The notes beneath the pieces are model-generated. The model was not told the DNA's origin. It saw only the letters and a list, made by a program, of their open reading frames with translations, and searched no databases. A program made the position numbers and the translations under genes. Shown piece after piece: positions 50,057-51,437 of a stretch of 51,437 nt of DNA (position 1 is its first letter; each line of letters begins with the position of its first letter). The stretch is from Bacteroidia bacterium (lineage in GTDB: Bacteria; Bacteroidota; Bacteroidia; NS11-12g; UBA9320): positions 1 to 51,437 of the forward strand of contig JBLHOC010000002.1 of NCBI GenBank assembly GCA_047620825.1. The letters run 5' to 3'.

Positions 50057-51437
50057 CTAGGCAGGGTTTCTCGACGGCAAACCTTTGCTTTCTAAAAAGT
50101 CTTGCCAATTTTGCAAGGTTTCTCCTTTCATTACTCGAGGAAATTTGTGCTGAGATCCTTCTTTACCATTTAAACGCATCCATTCCAAGAACCATTCAAT
50201 AGGGATAAGATTTACTTTTACATCTTTCAAGGCATGGTCGCGCTCAACAGCATAATCGTCGTTTAAATCCCGAAGGAAATTGTCCAGTTCTTCGCTGTAG
50301 TCTAAACTTGTGATTTCGTGATTATGACAACCAATATACCATTGGTGCCCAAAAATGTTCTGTTCTTTGGTGCCGAAAACCATAAACTCTTCCAAGTTCT
50401 CCTCAATCGATTTGGCAAGTATGTCAACAGCTTGTGTCATGTTATCGACGCTCAGGTGTTCCCCGACCAAACTCAAGAAATGTTTGGTTCTACCAGTTAT
50501 AATTATTTCACGTTTTTTAATGTTCGTAAACCGAATGGTGTCACCAATCAAATAACGCCACGCACCTGAACAGGTAGATAGGAGTAACGCATAATCGACT
50601 CCTTCTTTAGCCTCCCACATCGGTATGGCTTCAACGTTTGGTTTGAGTTTATAGTTTTCGTCGAAATTGTCTTCATTGAATGGGACAAACTCATAAAAAA
50701 TACCGTTCCGCATCAACATACGCATACCTACATCTTCGGCCTGTCTGTTTTGAAAAGCAATAAACCCTTCAGATGCCAAGTATGTTTCAAAATATTTAAT
50801 GGGTTTGCCAAGTAGCGCGTTTATGCCTGACTTATAAGGCTTTATAGCAACGCCACCATGTATATACACCTCAAGGTTTGGCCAAATTTCATGGATGTCG
50901 GACAATTGATAGCGATCAATGATATTCTGAAACAAAAGCTGAATCCATGCAGGTACACCAGCCACCATGCTTACGTCCCAGTTGGGTGCTTCTGAAGTTA
51001 TTCGTTCAATCTTCTCAGCCCAATTGTCACTAGCTTTGATCTCTGGATCTGGTTTCGATACGCGTTGTAAAATGGGGGGAATTTTTGAAGTCGTGATGCC
51101 GCTTAAATCACCTGCATAATATATACCGTTGTAGTTTAACGAAGTACTACCACCAATCATCAACCAATGTTTAGTCATATGATCTTTTGGCATATCGGTT
51201 CTTGCAATTGCCAATACTTGGCGCATACTCGCTCGGCGAATAGCCCTTACCATATCAGAAGAAACGGGAATGTATTTTGAAGCGCCATCAGAGGTTCCTG
51301 AACTTAACGCGAAATGCTCAATTTTCCCTGGCCAACAAACATCCGGCTCTCCCGTCCGAGTGCGTTCCCACCAAGGCAGCATATGTAAATAGTCGCCCGA
51401 GGGTACAGTGTCCTTGAAATTTTGATAGATGGATCCA
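50057..51437 (-). CDS. GH3 (auxin-responsive promoter) family acyl-adenylate-forming enzyme, 5' end outside the window
   Basis: The ORF stays open to the window edge (GSIYQNFKDTVPSGDYLHMLPWWERTRTGEPDVCWPG...FALSSGTSDGASKYIPVS). This matches the GH3 N-terminal SSGTT..K.iP motif. Confidence 0.8.
   Translation of the reverse strand, partial: GSIYQNFKDTVPSGDYLHMLPWWERTRTGEPDVCWPGKIEHFALSSGTSDGASKYIPVSSDMVRAIRRASMRQVLAIARTDMPKDHMTKHWLMIGGSTSLNYNGIYYAGDLSGITTSKIPPILQRVSKPDPEIKASDNWAEKIERITSEAPNWDVSMVAGVPAWIQLLFQNIIDRYQLSDIHEIWPNLEVYIHGGVAIKPYKSGINALLGKPIKYFETYLASEGFIAFQNRQAEDVGMRMLMRNGIFYEFVPFNEDNFDENYKLKPNVEAIPMWEAKEGVDYALLLSTCSGAWRYLIGDTIRFTNIKKREIIITGRTKHFLSLVGEHLSVDNMTQAVDILAKSIEENLEEFMVFGTKEQNIFGHQWYIGCHNHEITSLDYSEELDNFLRDLNDDYAVERDHALKDVKVNLIPIEWFLEWMRLNGKEGSQHKFPRVMKGETLQNWQDFLESKGLPSRNPA

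Noticed and set aside
1-51437. CRISPR arrays, tRNA/rRNA genes, reverse transcriptase/DGR or retron elements
   Set aside because: There are no short regularly spaced direct repeats and no cloverleaf-like or rRNA-like segments in the intergenic regions. No RT motif (YxDD) ORF was seen. The only tandem repeat is the in-frame 147-bp coding repeat at 124..1167.

Overview
AT-rich chromosomal segment that looks like Bacteroidota, probably Flavobacteriia. Three things support this: several proteins carry T9SS/Por C-terminal sorting domains, TAnnTTTG-type -7 boxes occur upstream of genes, and the block flippase-dut-nucleotidyltransferase-TPR-DUF4292-M23 has the expected order. About three quarters of the window is intact housekeeping DNA. 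This includes an S9 peptidase, dut, cell-envelope genes, a GT2 glycosyltransferase, an M28 peptidase, a C1 peptidase, mscL, an MFS pump, a GGGP-synthase-like gene, class II RNR nrdJ, psd, a Glu dehydrogenase, cdsA, a CPBP protease, dusB and a GH3-family gene. Four accessory patches are visibly broken. (1) An rve/DDE transposase has an in-frame TGA (1.9-3.2 kb). (2) A ~3.7 kb T9SS-secreted, tail-fibre/YD-like surface protein gene is eroded by roughly 18 stops and frameshifts (10.1-13.8 kb). (3) A hypothetical exported protein is split at a T6 tract (20.9 kb). (4) The most interesting patch is a co-oriented, terminator-bounded protease island at 25.6-30.2 kb. It holds two signal-peptide-bearing caspase-like (C14) genes, one with a DUF4384-like tail, plus a trypsin-like S1 protease apparently fused to ankyrin repeats. 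All of its genes except possibly the trypsin catalytic module are interrupted. No rRNA, tRNA, CRISPR array, reverse transcriptase or NTPase sensor was seen. All domain calls rest on motif recognition from hand translation, and no database search was possible. Lesion coordinates come from manual reverse-complementing and should be re-derived computationally.
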